From an uncultured Alphaproteobacteria bacterium (GTDB lineage Bacteria > Pseudomonadota > Alphaproteobacteria > Rhizobiales > Aestuariivirgaceae), in contig CAVOZK010000023.1 of assembly GCA_963700935.1 (NCBI GenBank), positions 51,357 to 115,356 of the forward strand: DNA of 64,000 bases, written 5' to 3'. The notes beneath the pieces are model-generated. The model did no database searches and was not told the DNA's origin. It saw nothing but the letters and a program-made list of their open reading frames with translations. Shown here one piece after another: positions 1-10,369 of the stretch (the stretch's first letter is position 1; each line of letters opens with the position of its first letter). The translations under genes and the position numbers were made by a program.

Positions 1-1
1 T

Positions 2-655
2 GAGGTCCTCCGGCCGCCCCCGGCGGTCCTCGCCCACCGCCATGCCCCGACGAACGGCGGGCCGAGCCATCACCGCCTCAAACCAGCGCTTCAGATGCGG
101 AAAGTCATCGAGGTTCTGGCCCTGCCGCTTGTGTGGCTTGATCCAGCCGATGCAGGCCATGTCGGCGATGGAATAATCTCCGCCCAGGTATTCGTGCCGC
201 TCCAGCTGGAGGTTCATCACGCCATAGAGCCGCGCCACCTCATTGGTATAGCGCTCGATGGCATAGGGAATTTCCTCGCGCGCATAGAAGCGGAAGTGAT
301 GCGCCTGCCCGCACATGGGGCCCAGGCCACCCATTTGCCAGAACAGCCATTCGTCCACCTTCGTTCGCGCTCGCTCGTCCCGGGGGTAGAACTTCCCCGT
401 CTTGCGGCCGAGGTATTGCAGGATCGCACCTGACTCGAAAACCGATATGGCTTCCGCCCCCGGTCCGTCAGGATCGACGATGGCCGGCATGCGGTTGTTC
501 GGCGCAATTTCCAGAAATGCCGGATCGAACTGTTCACCTTTCAGAATGTCGACATAGCGGACCTCGTACGGCAGTCCGCATTCCTCCAGCATGATGGTGA
601 TCTTCCAGCCATTCGGCGTGGGCCAGTAGTGCAGCTCTATAGGTCTGGCGCTCAC
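2..655 (-). CDS. Glutathione S-transferase, YfcG/Ure2-like (3' end runs off the window)
   Basis: Manual translation from GTG at 655: MSARPIELHYWPTPNGWKITIMLEECGLPY...NNRMPAIVD...VFESGAILQYL...WLFWQMGGLGPM. It is absent from the ORF track because there is no stop in the window. GTGA overlap with the upstream gene's stop. Confidence 0.9.
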   Translation of the reverse strand, partial: MSARPIELHYWPTPNGWKITIMLEECGLPYEVRYVDILKGEQFDPAFLEIAPNNRMPAIVDPDGPGAEAISVFESGAILQYLGRKTGKFYPRDERARTKVDEWLFWQMGGLGPMCGQAHHFRFYAREEIPYAIERYTNEVARLYGVMNLQLERHEYLGGDYSIADMACIGWIKPHKRQGQNLDDFPHLKRWFEAVMARPAVRRGMAVGEDRRGRPEDL

Positions 656-1650
656 CGGGCGGCCTCCTCCTGCTGCGGCTGCAGGCCTGCGGACCTGCCC
701 GGCACCGGCACAAGTATCCGGGCCATGATGGGAAGGTGGTCCGATCCTGCGGCATGACCCACCTGCACGCCCTGCGGAAACAGCAGGCTATCATCGGCAA
801 ACATGTGATCAATAGCGATTTGCGGCAAGCGCCAACTGTTCGATGGCCAGGTCGGCAACTGTGACCGCCGGGTCAGGCCGGTGACTGCCGCGAACTGCCG
901 CGTCATGCGCGAATAAGGCGTGGAGTTGAAATCACCTATCAAAAGTCTGGGCTGCGGTATGTCGCGAACGTACTTGGCAAGCGCATTTATCTGTTTCCAC
1001 TGCGCATTGACGGCGGGCGGCCGGATCGTGTGGGTACCCAAAAGAGTGAGGTTACCCCACTGCGGCCCGAGTGAGGCACGCAGGAAGACCGGACCCAGCC
1101 ACGGGCCCCGCGCCACCACCTCGCGCAACGGATAGCGCGACATGATCCACAAGCGGAAGCCGCGCGGCACAAGGCTCGGATACTGGTACGGGTACTCCTG
1201 GTTGAGGCTCCGGGCCATCGCAAGCGTCAGCCTGTTGACCTCGGCGATGAACACCACGTCCGGATCCTGAAGCTCGATCTGCGTCCTGATCGCCTCTGGG
1301 TCGCGATTCAACAGCCACGCGTTGAACGACATGACCCGCAGTTCACGGTAGCCATCGGGGGCCTCCACGCCATCGCGGGGCGGCAAGACGCGCTCCTGCA
1401 GATTTGGCCAAAGGCCGATCGCCAGCATGCCTGCCAGCATCATTGCCACTGCCGAGACCAGCCGGTGCTTCGGCATCAGGAACGCCCAGCCGCAGGCAAT
1501 CGCAGCAAGGGCGAAATGCAGCGTGAAGTGGCTAAAGACGTCGAATGCGATGAAATACTGGCTCAGGTGGCCCGTGCCGATGCCGGCAAAGGCGAGGCAC
1601 ATGCCAAGCAGGCACAAAATGCGCCCCGGGCTCTCCGACTTTGGCAGCAC
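652..1650 (-). CDS. Endonuclease/exonuclease/phosphatase (EEP) family membrane protein
   Basis: N-terminal TM helices followed by LRVMSFNA, DVVFIAE, LIGDFNSTP, IDH and GSDHLP motifs. Confidence 0.85.
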   Translation of the reverse strand: MLPKSESPGRILCLLGMCLAFAGIGTGHLSQYFIAFDVFSHFTLHFALAAIACGWAFLMPKHRLVSAVAMMLAGMLAIGLWPNLQERVLPPRDGVEAPDGYRELRVMSFNAWLLNRDPEAIRTQIELQDPDVVFIAEVNRLTLAMARSLNQEYPYQYPSLVPRGFRLWIMSRYPLREVVARGPWLGPVFLRASLGPQWGNLTLLGTHTIRPPAVNAQWKQINALAKYVRDIPQPRLLIGDFNSTPYSRMTRQFAAVTGLTRRSQLPTWPSNSWRLPQIAIDHMFADDSLLFPQGVQVGHAAGSDHLPIMARILVPVPGRSAGLQPQQEEAAR

Positions 1651-1681
1651 GGCCGCTATTCCCCCTCACCCGCCATCACGA

Positions 1682-2176
1682 TCAACCGGCCAGCGGCTTG
1701 CTCATGAGGAATGCGGGGATATCGCTGTCCCCGCCACAGCAGACCGTCTCGCCACAAATCTCCATGCCGTGCGCGGCGTAGAATGCGATTGCGGCGCCAT
1801 TCTTCCTGTCCACCTCGAGTTCAAGGGTTTCCGCCCCCGGAAAACACGTCTCGATCTCGGCAAACAGCTCGCGGCCGATGCCCTTGCGAAGATGGGCGGG
1901 GTGCACGTAAAGCTGCTTGAGCTGCACCGACTTGCGGTCATCGCTCAATATGGCGAAGGCCATTCCGCCGAGTTCGGCACCATTGTCCGCCACCAGCATC
2001 TCGCCATGCCGCGCCTCGATGTTGGCCTTCACTGCATCAAGAGTGTGCCAGCGCGCGATGACGGGCTCCACCTTCTCTGCTCCATGGACCGCAACATAGG
2101 TCTTGCGCCAGCTGGCCACCAGCAACTCCCGGATCGCGCCGGCATCTTCAGCCGTGGCGGTGCGGATGAAGAACAT
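1682..2176 (-). CDS. GNAT family N-acetyltransferase
   Basis: LYVHPAHLRKGIG acetyl-CoA motif and N..AIAFY..HG. Confidence 0.85.
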   Translation of the reverse strand: MFFIRTATAEDAGAIRELLVASWRKTYVAVHGAEKVEPVIARWHTLDAVKANIEARHGEMLVADNGAELGGMAFAILSDDRKSVQLKQLYVHPAHLRKGIGRELFAEIETCFPGAETLELEVDRKNGAAIAFYAAHGMEICGETVCCGGDSDIPAFLMSKPLAG

Positions 2177-2178
2177 CC

Positions 2179-3660
2179 CTATTCCACGCCAAGCTTCTGC
2201 TTCACCAGTGCGTTCACTGCCTGCGGGTTCGCCTTGCCGCCGGTAGCCTTCATCACCTGGCCAACGAACCAGCCGGCCAGCGCAGGCTTCTCGATGGCCT
2301 GGGCAACCTTGTCCGGATTGGCGGCGATCACTTCATCGACTGCCGCCTCGATGGCGCCGGTGTCGGTCACCTGCTTCAGCCCACGAGAGTCCACGATCTG
2401 CTTCGGATCCCCGCCTTCGCTCCAGGCAATCTCGAACACGTCCTTGGCGATCTTGCCGGAGATGGTGCCGTCGGAAATCATGTCGATGATTCCACCGAGC
2501 TGGGCAGCGGAAATCGGGCTTTCGCCGATGTCCCGGCCTTCCTTGTTGAGCCGGCCAAACAGCTCGTTGATCACCCAGTTGGCCGCCGTCTTGCCGTCGC
2601 GGCCCCTGGCGACATCCTCGAAATACGCCGCCGCATCGCGGTCCATGATTAGCACTTCGGCGTCATAGGGCGTCAGGCCGAAATCCTTCACCAGCCGCGA
2701 CTTCTTCTCGTCGGGCAATTCGGGAAGCGACGATTTGATCTCTTCGATCCAGGCCGTTTCGATTTCCAGCGGCAGCAGGTCCGGGTCGGGGAAGTAGCGG
2801 TAGTCGTGTGCCTCTTCCTTGGATCGCATGGAGCGCGTCTCGCCCTTTCGCGGGTCGAACAGGCGGGTTTCCTGGTCGATCTTGCCGCCGTCCTCCAGAA
2901 TGTCGATCTGGCGGCGGGCCTCATACTCGATCGCCTGACCCATGAAGCGCATGGAATTGACGTTCTTGATCTCGCAGCGCGTGCCCGGCTCGCCGCCCGG
3001 CTTGCGCACCGACACGTTGACGTCGGCGCGGAGGCTGCCCTCCTCCATGTTGCCGTCGCAGGTGCCGAGATAGCGCATGATGGTGCGCAACTTCGACACG
3101 TACGCCTTGGCCTCGTCGGCGGAGCGCATGTCGGGCTTGGACACGATCTCCATCAACGCCACGCCGGAGCGGTTGAGGTCGACGAGCGACATGGTCGGGT
3201 GCTGGTCGTGGATCGACTTTCCGGCGTCTTGCTCGAGGTGCAGCCGTTCGATGCCGACGGTCACCTGGCCGCGTTCGCCCATGTCGAGCAGCACTTCGCC
3301 CTCGCCCACCACGGGCTGCTTGTACTGCGAAATCTGGTAGCCCTGCGGCAGGTCCGGATAGAAGTAGTTCTTGCGGTCGAACACCGAGTATTCGTTGATC
3401 TTCGCGTTCAGGCCGAGGCCCGTGCGCACTGCCTGCTCGACGCAGAACCGGTTTATGACGGGCAGCATGCCGGGCATGGCCGCATCCACCAGCGATACGT
3501 GGTCGTTGGGCGCGCCGCCATATTCTGCAGAGGCGCCGGAAAACAGCTTCGACTTCGACGACACCTGGGCATGGACTTCCAGCCCGATGATGATTTCCCA
3601 GGGGCCGGTGCCCCCCTCGATCCAGTCGGATTTATCGGCAACGCGCGCGCAGAACGTCAT
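2179..3660 (-). CDS. gatB: Asp/Glu-tRNA amidotransferase subunit B
   Basis: [34 protein letters not shown] and [10 protein letters not shown]. Start placed at ATG 3660. Confidence 0.97.
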   Translation of the reverse strand: MTFCARVADKSDWIEGGTGPWEIIIGLEVHAQVSSKSKLFSGASAEYGGAPNDHVSLVDAAMPGMLPVINRFCVEQAVRTGLGLNAKINEYSVFDRKNYFYPDLPQGYQISQYKQPVVGEGEVLLDMGERGQVTVGIERLHLEQDAGKSIHDQHPTMSLVDLNRSGVALMEIVSKPDMRSADEAKAYVSKLRTIMRYLGTCDGNMEEGSLRADVNVSVRKPGGEPGTRCEIKNVNSMRFMGQAIEYEARRQIDILEDGGKIDQETRLFDPRKGETRSMRSKEEAHDYRYFPDPDLLPLEIETAWIEEIKSSLPELPDEKKSRLVKDFGLTPYDAEVLIMDRDAAAYFEDVARGRDGKTAANWVINELFGRLNKEGRDIGESPISAAQLGGIIDMISDGTISGKIAKDVFEIAWSEGGDPKQIVDSRGLKQVTDTGAIEAAVDEVIAANPDKVAQAIEKPALAGWFVGQVMKATGGKANPQAVNALVKQKLGVE

Positions 3661-3803
3661 TGGATGAAGGCCTTGAGAGTCAAGTAATTTGGATTGGATC
3701 ACTTGGTAGCGCGCATGGGGGAAAGCGGCAAGTGCGAATGACACGCCGGTTCATCCGGGCAAGGCCCCGCGCTTTTGCCGTCTTGCTCTGTCAGGAGTTT
3801 ACT

Positions 3804-5129
3804 TTACTTGCCGAGCAGATACTCCGCGACCGCCTGGTAGGCCGGCAGCGAGGTCGGGTCAATCACCGCGTTCTTGGCCACCGGATGCGACGAGAACCGC
3901 ACGATGACCATCTCCGCCTTCGGGTCGATGTAGATTGTCTGGCCGTGCACGCCGCGCGCCGCATAAGCGCCGTGCTTGTTGTGGAACACCCACCACATGC
4001 CGCGATAGCTGCCGCCGGGCATGGTCTTGTAGCCAGCCTGCTCGAAGGCGGCCTTGTCGCCGCCGCCGGCAATATTGTCTGCAACCTCCGCCGGGAACAA
4101 TCGTTCGCCGTTGATCTCGCCCTTGTTGAGCATCAGCTGGCCGATGCGGCCCAGGTCGCGCAGGCCGGCGCTCAAGCCACCGCCGGCAAACGGAGTACCG
4201 ATGCCGTCCACGGTGAAATAGCCGTCCTGTTCGGCGCCCATCCGGCTCCAGATGCGATCGGACAGCAGCTCGGTGACCGACTTGCCCGACACCCGCGAGA
4301 TGATCCAGCCCAGCGCATCCGAGTTGATCGTCTTGTAGCCGAAGGCGTCGCCGTGCCGACCTTCCTTCTGCACCGTCTGCAGATATTCGTAATAGCCTAC
4401 CGGCCCGGTGTAGTCCGCGGGCTTCGGCATCGGGTTTGCGGCGGCGCTGTAAACCCAGATATCAGCCTTCGGGTCGGCATAATTCTCGCTGTAGGCAAGG
4501 CCCGTGGTCATGTCCATCACCTGGCGCACGGTGGCGTCGCCAAACGCGCTATCCGCCAGTTCCGGCACGATGCTGGCAACCTGCGCCTTGTCGTCGAGCT
4601 TGCCTTCAGCCACCAGGATTTCCGCCAGCAGGCCGGTCATCGACTTGGTCATCGACATGGCAGCGTGCTTGCCCGCCTCGTCGAGGCAACCGGCATAGTG
4701 CTCGTAGACCACCTTGCCCTTGTGCATCACCAGCAGGCCGTCGGTATAATTGGCGCCGAGCGCCTGCTTCCAGCTCATCGGCTTGTCGCCGCCCAGAGGC
4801 GTGAAAGTAACGCTGTCGATGCCGTCATCCAGCGCATAATCCAGCGGCACCGGCGCGGCCAGGCCGCGGCTGACCTGCTTGGTCGGCATCAGTTCGCGGA
4901 TATGACAGACGGTCCAGCGCAGCTTGGGGAAGCTGAAGAAGTTGGAGTCCGGCTGCATCACGCGCTTGTCCGGCGCAGGCGGGAAGCCCTTCATCAGGCC
5001 CAGCGCGTTGGGATCAGACGCGGCAGCATCAGGAAATTCGCTCGCCGCCATCGTGCCGCTTGCCATGGTCATCAAGGCCAGCGCAGCCAGGCCTGCAACG
5101 CGAAGCTTCTTTCCGTCAAATTGCTGCAT
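3804..5129 (-). CDS. Secreted serine hydrolase, class C beta-lactamase / 6-aminohexanoate-dimer hydrolase (NylB)-like
   Basis: Signal peptide, SxxK motif (SMTKS), FGYKTINSDALGW and ARGVHGQ. AGGA RBS before ATG 5129. Confidence 0.85.
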   Translation of the reverse strand: MQQFDGKKLRVAGLAALALMTMASGTMAASEFPDAAASDPNALGLMKGFPPAPDKRVMQPDSNFFSFPKLRWTVCHIRELMPTKQVSRGLAAPVPLDYALDDGIDSVTFTPLGGDKPMSWKQALGANYTDGLLVMHKGKVVYEHYAGCLDEAGKHAAMSMTKSMTGLLAEILVAEGKLDDKAQVASIVPELADSAFGDATVRQVMDMTTGLAYSENYADPKADIWVYSAAANPMPKPADYTGPVGYYEYLQTVQKEGRHGDAFGYKTINSDALGWIISRVSGKSVTELLSDRIWSRMGAEQDGYFTVDGIGTPFAGGGLSAGLRDLGRIGQLMLNKGEINGERLFPAEVADNIAGGGDKAAFEQAGYKTMPGGSYRGMWWVFHNKHGAYAARGVHGQTIYIDPKAEMVIVRFSSHPVAKNAVIDPTSLPAYQAVAEYLLGK

Positions 5130-5181
5130 GTGTGAGTTCCTCAAACTGGTCATTCTCGACGGTGTGTCCTGGGGTTTTCGT

Positions 5182-6621
5182 TCAATAGACGATGAAGAGG
5201 TTGACGAATGCGCCGAGCCATACGGGCAGGTCCTGCTGCGCTGCTTTTTCCAGACCTTTGCCGGGGAACGACGCGCTCACGCCAGCAGTCAGGTACGTAT
5301 TGCGGTTCAGGATGCGGTTGTATTCGAGATAGACGTCATCCGCGAGATGCGGGTCGGTGACGCCGGTGATGATGTTGTCCCCACCGGCAATGTCGAAGCG
5401 CGTTGCCTGCCCGAATTGCACCGGGCTGTTCAACTCGTTGGCGCGGACATGGGCGTAGCGAAGGGTGATCGTGTCCTGCATGGACGGCTTGACGCTGAAC
5501 TCGACCTGGTGGGCATGGACGTTCGAGTTGATGAACGTCATCGCGGATTTCGAACCTGTAGCCCAGGTGCTGGGAGATCCGTCGTAGTAAAGCGGGTCGA
5601 AGCGTTCCAGCCCGGGCGTATTGGGGTCGTCGCCCGAGAAGCTCTGGAACGTATACATCAGCCGCGGCGTCCACGTTGCGTCCGCGAAGGTGTAGGCCAC
5701 CTGTCCGCGCCCGCCCCAGGCCTCCATGTCGATGCGGTCGTTCCATTCGTATGCGAGGTCGGCAGAGAAGTACCAATTGGTCAGCGCGCCGTCCAGCTTG
5801 CCGGTGCGGCCATAGGCATTGACCACGTTCAAGCCTTCACGCGCGCCCTCGATGATTTCCGGTGGATTGCCCAAGTCCACCTTGGGATATGCCGAGTTCG
5901 ACTCCACCACGTGGGCATACGTTACGCCGATGAAACCGCCAGCGGGATGGTCGAACCTGAAGTCGCCACCGGTCAGCGCCGTCATGGAGTCACTGGACGG
6001 CACCTCATTGGCATCAATGTAAAAGCCTGTGGCGGAGAACCCGCCATGCATCAATTTGCCGATACCGGCGAGTTCCCACGCCTTGCGCGGACCAAGCTTG
6101 AGCGCCCCGCGTTCAAACCCGTCGCCACCGCCATTGACTATCAGCATGCCCGTGCCAAGCGTCAGCTCCCGCGCCCCGGCTGAAAGGTCTACCGACAACC
6201 CTCCGGGATTCTCGGTCAGAAACCCGAAATAGGCCTCTTCGAGAGTGACACGCCCGGTATCACCCTTGTCGTAGGCATCGATCCCGATGGTGCCCGACCA
6301 TACACCGGAGACCATGCCGTAGAGAGTTTCGCTCTCGGAGAGCTCACTGCGAAAACTCACGCCTGGCTTGACGAAGCCTTCGAACCACACCTTGTCCGGA
6401 TTGTAGTTGGCCGTGGGCGCGAAGATGTCGGCAAGCCCCCAGAACAGGTCCTGCTCGCCAACCAGGTTCACACCGGCCTGAACATGGGCACGCACCGTCA
6501 CGCCGTCCTCGGCGTACAGCACCATCGGATCGCGGTCCTGGCCCGCAACCGGCAAAACCATGGCGAGGACAAGCGCAAGCACGCCCGTTCCCCCAATCAA
6601 CTGACACTTCACCCTCATCAT
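5182..6621 (-). CDS. Outer-membrane beta-barrel, alginate export (AlgE-like) family
   Basis: Signal peptide, amphipathic beta-strand pattern, SGDDPNT...FDPLYY loop, aromatic C-terminal residue (VNLFIVY). Confidence 0.65.
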   Translation of the reverse strand: MMRVKCQLIGGTGVLALVLAMVLPVAGQDRDPMVLYAEDGVTVRAHVQAGVNLVGEQDLFWGLADIFAPTANYNPDKVWFEGFVKPGVSFRSELSESETLYGMVSGVWSGTIGIDAYDKGDTGRVTLEEAYFGFLTENPGGLSVDLSAGARELTLGTGMLIVNGGGDGFERGALKLGPRKAWELAGIGKLMHGGFSATGFYIDANEVPSSDSMTALTGGDFRFDHPAGGFIGVTYAHVVESNSAYPKVDLGNPPEIIEGAREGLNVVNAYGRTGKLDGALTNWYFSADLAYEWNDRIDMEAWGGRGQVAYTFADATWTPRLMYTFQSFSGDDPNTPGLERFDPLYYDGSPSTWATGSKSAMTFINSNVHAHQVEFSVKPSMQDTITLRYAHVRANELNSPVQFGQATRFDIAGGDNIITGVTDPHLADDVYLEYNRILNRNTYLTAGVSASFPGKGLEKAAQQDLPVWLGAFVNLFIVY

Positions 6622-6739
6622 TGCTATCCACCCAAGAACAGCGATCCCGAGGTGACAATGAGAAAATATCTGCATACGTTCAATATGCGCTTCGCCCATT
6701 TTGGGCGCCTTGAAACATTTCACGCGAGGACGCCAAGCC

Positions 6740-7213
6740 ATGCCAGAGAGTAACGCTTCTTCGCGTGACATCATCCAGCGCCGGTTCGGGCAGGTCTGGC
6801 CGGTACATGTCGAGTGTTTTACCCGCTTGCTGATCTTGCTGCGCCGTCAGTTTGACGGCGATCTGGACATGATGCTGATCATGGCAGTAATCGGTGAAGC
6901 GACGCTTCCCAAGAACGTGGTGCCCGAGGACTTCAGCTATGGCGCACTACAGCAAGGCAAGGGTCAAATGGTGAGCAAGCAGGACATCAACACCCAGTCG
7001 ATTGCAGCCTACAGCGGCATTCCGCGGGAAAACGTCAGGCGAAAACTGGAACGCCTGGCTGACAAGGGTTGGATCACACGCAATGACAAGGGCGGCTGGA
7101 CAGTAACCCGCAAGGGCTCTCAACAGCTTCAACCGGCAACAGAGGCCACACTCGACTACCTTGCGGCCATCGGCGACGTGATTGGCGATGCCGGCGCCGC
7201 TGTGAAAACCTGA
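6740..7213 (+). CDS. Winged helix-turn-helix protein, putative regulator
   Basis: INTQSIAAYSGIPRENVRRKLERLADKGWI HTH-wing pattern. Divergent from the porin gene. Confidence 0.65.
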   Translation: MPESNASSRDIIQRRFGQVWPVHVECFTRLLILLRRQFDGDLDMMLIMAVIGEATLPKNVVPEDFSYGALQQGKGQMVSKQDINTQSIAAYSGIPRENVRRKLERLADKGWITRNDKGGWTVTRKGSQQLQPATEATLDYLAAIGDVIGDAGAAVKT

Positions 7214-7306
7214 ACCGCTGTTTCAACATTCCCGTGGAAAACCGGGAACCCCTGCCCCATATCCGGCTTACACTGTCAGCAGCCTGCAGCGGCCCCCGTT
7301 GCGCAT

Positions 7307-7321
7307 GTTCCCGTTATGATC
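7307..7321 (+). promoter_or_regulatory. Putative alphaproteobacterial LexA (SOS) box
   Basis: GTTC-ccgttat-GATC, one mismatch to GTTC-N7-GTTC, 12 bp upstream of uvrA. Confidence 0.6.
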
Positions 7322-7333
7322 TAGGCATCCCTC

Positions 7334-10258
7334 ATGGCCGAACACAAACGCATCATCTCCGTTCAGGGCGCGCGCGAGCACAATCTCAAGAACGTGTCGA
7401 TCGAGCTGCCGCGCGACAAGCTGATCGTGTTCACCGGCCTGTCGGGCTCGGGCAAGTCGTCGCTTGCCTTCGACACCATCTATGCCGAGGGCCAGCGCCG
7501 CTATGTGGAGAGCCTGTCCGCCTATGCCCGCCAGTTCCTGGAGATGATGCAGAAGCCGGACGTCGACCAGATCGACGGCCTGTCGCCGGCCATCTCCATC
7601 GAGCAGAAGACCACCAGCCGCAACCCTCGCTCCACCGTCGGCACGGTGACCGAGATCTACGACTACATGCGGCTGCTGTTCGCCCGCGTCGGCATTGCCT
7701 ATTCGCCCGCCACCGGCCTGCCCATCGAAAGCCAGACCGTGTCCCAGATGGTCGACCGGGTGATGGAGCTTGAAGAAGGCACGCGGCTTTACCTGCTGGC
7801 CCCCATCGTCCGGGGCCGCAAGGGCGAGTACCGCAAGGAATTCGCCCAGCTGATGAAGCAGGGCTTCCAGCGGGTGAAGGTGGACGGCCAGTTTCACGAG
7901 ATTGCCGATGTGCCGGCGCTGGACAAGAAGTACAAGCACGACATCGATGTGGTGGTGGACCGGCTGGTGGTGCGCGACGACATCGCCACGCGGCTGGCCG
8001 ACAGCTTTGAAACCGCGCTGAAGCTGGCCGACGGCCTCGCCGTCGTCGAGTTCGCCGACAAGCCGCTAGCCGAGGCCGACACGTCGGCCGGCGGCAGCGC
8101 CAACAAGTCACTCAACGAAACGCACGAGCGCATCACCTTCTCGGAAAAGTTCGCCTGCCCCGTCTCAGGCTTCACCATCGACGAGGTCGAGCCCCGGCTG
8201 TTCTCGTTTAACAACCCGTTCGGCGCCTGCTCCAAGTGTGACGGGCTTGGCACCGAACTGCGCTTCGAGGCGGACCTGGTGGTGCCGGACAAGACGCTTT
8301 CCCTGCGCCAGGGCGCCATCGTGCCGTGGGCCAAGACCGGCAGCACCTCGCCCTACTACACCCAGACGCTGGACGCGCTGTGCAAGCACTACGGCGCCTC
8401 GATGAGCACGCCGTGGGACGAACTGGCCGAGGATGTGCGTAACGCCATCCTGTTCGGCACCATGGATGAGGAAATCACCTTCATCTATGACGACGGACTG
8501 CGCTCCTACAAGACCGTGAAGCCGTTCGAGGGCGTCATCGGCAACATCGAGCGGCGCTGGCAGGAAACCGACAGTGCATGGGTGCGCGAGGAGCTGTCGC
8601 AGTTCCAGTCGGACCACCCCTGCCAGGCCTGCAACGGCTACCGGCTGAAACCCCAGGCGCTGGCTGTAAAGGTTGGGGGCTTGCACATCGCCGAAGTCTC
8701 GCAGATGTCCATCCGCGCCGCCAACGACTGGTTCAACGAGTTGCCCGAGCGCTTGCGGGCGAAGGACATGGAGATCGCCGCGCGCATCCTCAAGGAAATC
8801 CGCGAGCGGCTGAAATTCCTGGTGGACGTGGGCCTCGACTACCTCACCATGTCACGCACCTCCGGCACCTTGTCGGGCGGCGAGAGCCAGCGCATCCGGC
8901 TGGCTTCGCAGATCGGCTCCGGGCTGACCGGCGTGCTGTACGTGCTGGACGAGCCCTCCATCGGCCTGCACCAGCGCGACAACGCCCGGCTGCTGGAAAC
9001 GCTGGTCCACCTGCGCGACCTTGGCAACACCGTCATCGTGGTTGAGCACGATGAAGACGCCATCCGCACCGCCGACTATGTGGTCGACATCGGCCCCGGC
9101 GCGGGCGTGCACGGTGGCAATATCGTCGCCGAAGGCACCCCAGAGGAAGTGATGGCCAACCCCGCCTCGCTGACCGGCAAGTACCTGACCGGCGTGATGA
9201 CGGTGCCGGTGCCGCAGAACCGCCGCAAGCCCAACCCGAAGCGCATGGTCAAGGTCTCCGGCGCGCGCGCCAATAACCTGAAAAACGTGTCAGCGGAACT
9301 GCCGCTTGGCCTGTTCACCGCCGTCACCGGCGTGTCGGGCGGCGGCAAGTCCACCCTGCTCATCGATACCGTTTACAAGGCAGCCGCGCGCAAGCTGATG
9401 AAGACCCGCGACATGCCTGCCGAACATGACCGGATTGACGGGCTGGAACTGCTCGACAAGATTATCGACATCGACCAGTCGCCCATTGGCCGCACCCCGC
9501 GCTCCAACCCGGCCACCTATACCGGCGCCTTCACGCCGATCCGCGACTGGTTTGCCGGCCTGCCGGAAGCCAAGGCGCGCGGCTATGGACCGGGCCGGTT
9601 CTCGTTCAACGTCAAGGGCGGGCGCTGCGAAGTCTGCCAGGGCGACGGCGTCATCAAGATCGAGATGCACTTCCTGCCGGATGTGTATGTCACTTGCGAT
9701 GCCTGCCACGGCAAACGCTACAACCGCGAGACGCTCGACATCCAGTTCAAGGGCAAGTCCATCGCCGACGTGCTCGACATGACGGTGGCCGAGGCAGCGG
9801 ATTTCTTCCGCGCCGTGCCGGCGGTGCGGGACAAGCTCGTCACGCTGGAGCGCGTCGGGCTGGGCTATATCCACGTCGGCCAGCAGGCCACCACGCTGTC
9901 AGGCGGCGAGGCGCAGCGCGTCAAGCTGGCCAAGGAGCTGTCGAAGCGCGCCACCGGCCGCACCCTCTACCTGCTCGACGAGCCCACAACCGGCCTGCAC
10001 TTCCATGACGTGGCCAAGCTGCTGGAGGTGCTGCACGAACTGGTCGAGCACGGCAATACAGTGGTGGTGATCGAGCACAATCTCGAGGTCATCAAGACCG
10101 CCGACTGGATCATCGACCTTGGCCCCGAAGGCGGCGACGGCGGTGGCGAGATCGTCGCCACTGGTACGCCAGAAGATGTGGCACGGACAGAGCGCTCGCA
10201 CACCGGCCATTACCTCGCCCCCGTCCTTGCCCGCAGCAAGCAGGAAGCGGCGGAGTAA
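7334..10258 (+). CDS. uvrA: Excinuclease ABC subunit A
   Basis: GAREHNLKN, two Walker A motifs ([18 protein letters not shown]), two LSGGE signatures, zinc-finger cysteines. Confidence 0.98.
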   Translation: MAEHKRIISVQGAREHNLKNVSIELPRDKLIVFTGLSGSGKSSLAFDTIYAEGQRRYVESLSAYARQFLEMMQKPDVDQIDGLSPAISIEQKTTSRNPRSTVGTVTEIYDYMRLLFARVGIAYSPATGLPIESQTVSQMVDRVMELEEGTRLYLLAPIVRGRKGEYRKEFAQLMKQGFQRVKVDGQFHEIADVPALDKKYKHDIDVVVDRLVVRDDIATRLADSFETALKLADGLAVVEFADKPLAEADTSAGGSANKSLNETHERITFSEKFACPVSGFTIDEVEPRLFSFNNPFGACSKCDGLGTELRFEADLVVPDKTLSLRQGAIVPWAKTGSTSPYYTQTLDALCKHYGASMSTPWDELAEDVRNAILFGTMDEEITFIYDDGLRSYKTVKPFEGVIGNIERRWQETDSAWVREELSQFQSDHPCQACNGYRLKPQALAVKVGGLHIAEVSQMSIRAANDWFNELPERLRAKDMEIAARILKEIRERLKFLVDVGLDYLTMSRTSGTLSGGESQRIRLASQIGSGLTGVLYVLDEPSIGLHQRDNARLLETLVHLRDLGNTVIVVEHDEDAIRTADYVVDIGPGAGVHGGNIVAEGTPEEVMANPASLTGKYLTGVMTVPVPQNRRKPNPKRMVKVSGARANNLKNVSAELPLGLFTAVTGVSGGGKSTLLIDTVYKAAARKLMKTRDMPAEHDRIDGLELLDKIIDIDQSPIGRTPRSNPATYTGAFTPIRDWFAGLPEAKARGYGPGRFSFNVKGGRCEVCQGDGVIKIEMHFLPDVYVTCDACHGKRYNRETLDIQFKGKSIADVLDMTVAEAADFFRAVPAVRDKLVTLERVGLGYIHVGQQATTLSGGEAQRVKLAKELSKRATGRTLYLLDEPTTGLHFHDVAKLLEVLHELVEHGNTVVVIEHNLEVIKTADWIIDLGPEGGDGGGEIVATGTPEDVARTERSHTGHYLAPVLARSKQEAAE

Positions 10259-10291
10259 GCAGCACACCGTTCAGCGAAAACACTGCCAGTC

Positions 10292-10306
10292 ATGATTGCA
10301 GCTCAT
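10292..10306. promoter_or_regulatory. LysR-type binding site (T-N11-A dyad)
   Basis: ATGA-ttgcagc-TCAT about 65 bp upstream of the LysR gene. Confidence 0.5.
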
Positions 10307-10369
10307 GGCCAAGCCTGATATTTTCCGGAACAACAATATAAAAACCGATCTGGAGAGGGCCCCAAACTC

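Noticed and set aside
440-470. Apparent frameshift in the first GST, suggested by fragmented ORF calls
   Set aside because: Manual translation is continuous (PDGPGAEAISVFESG). The gene is missing from the track only because it runs off the window edge.
3804-5129. Antibiotic-resistance beta-lactamase
   Set aside because: The motifs fit the NylB/esterase branch, with no class C YxN or KTG motif.
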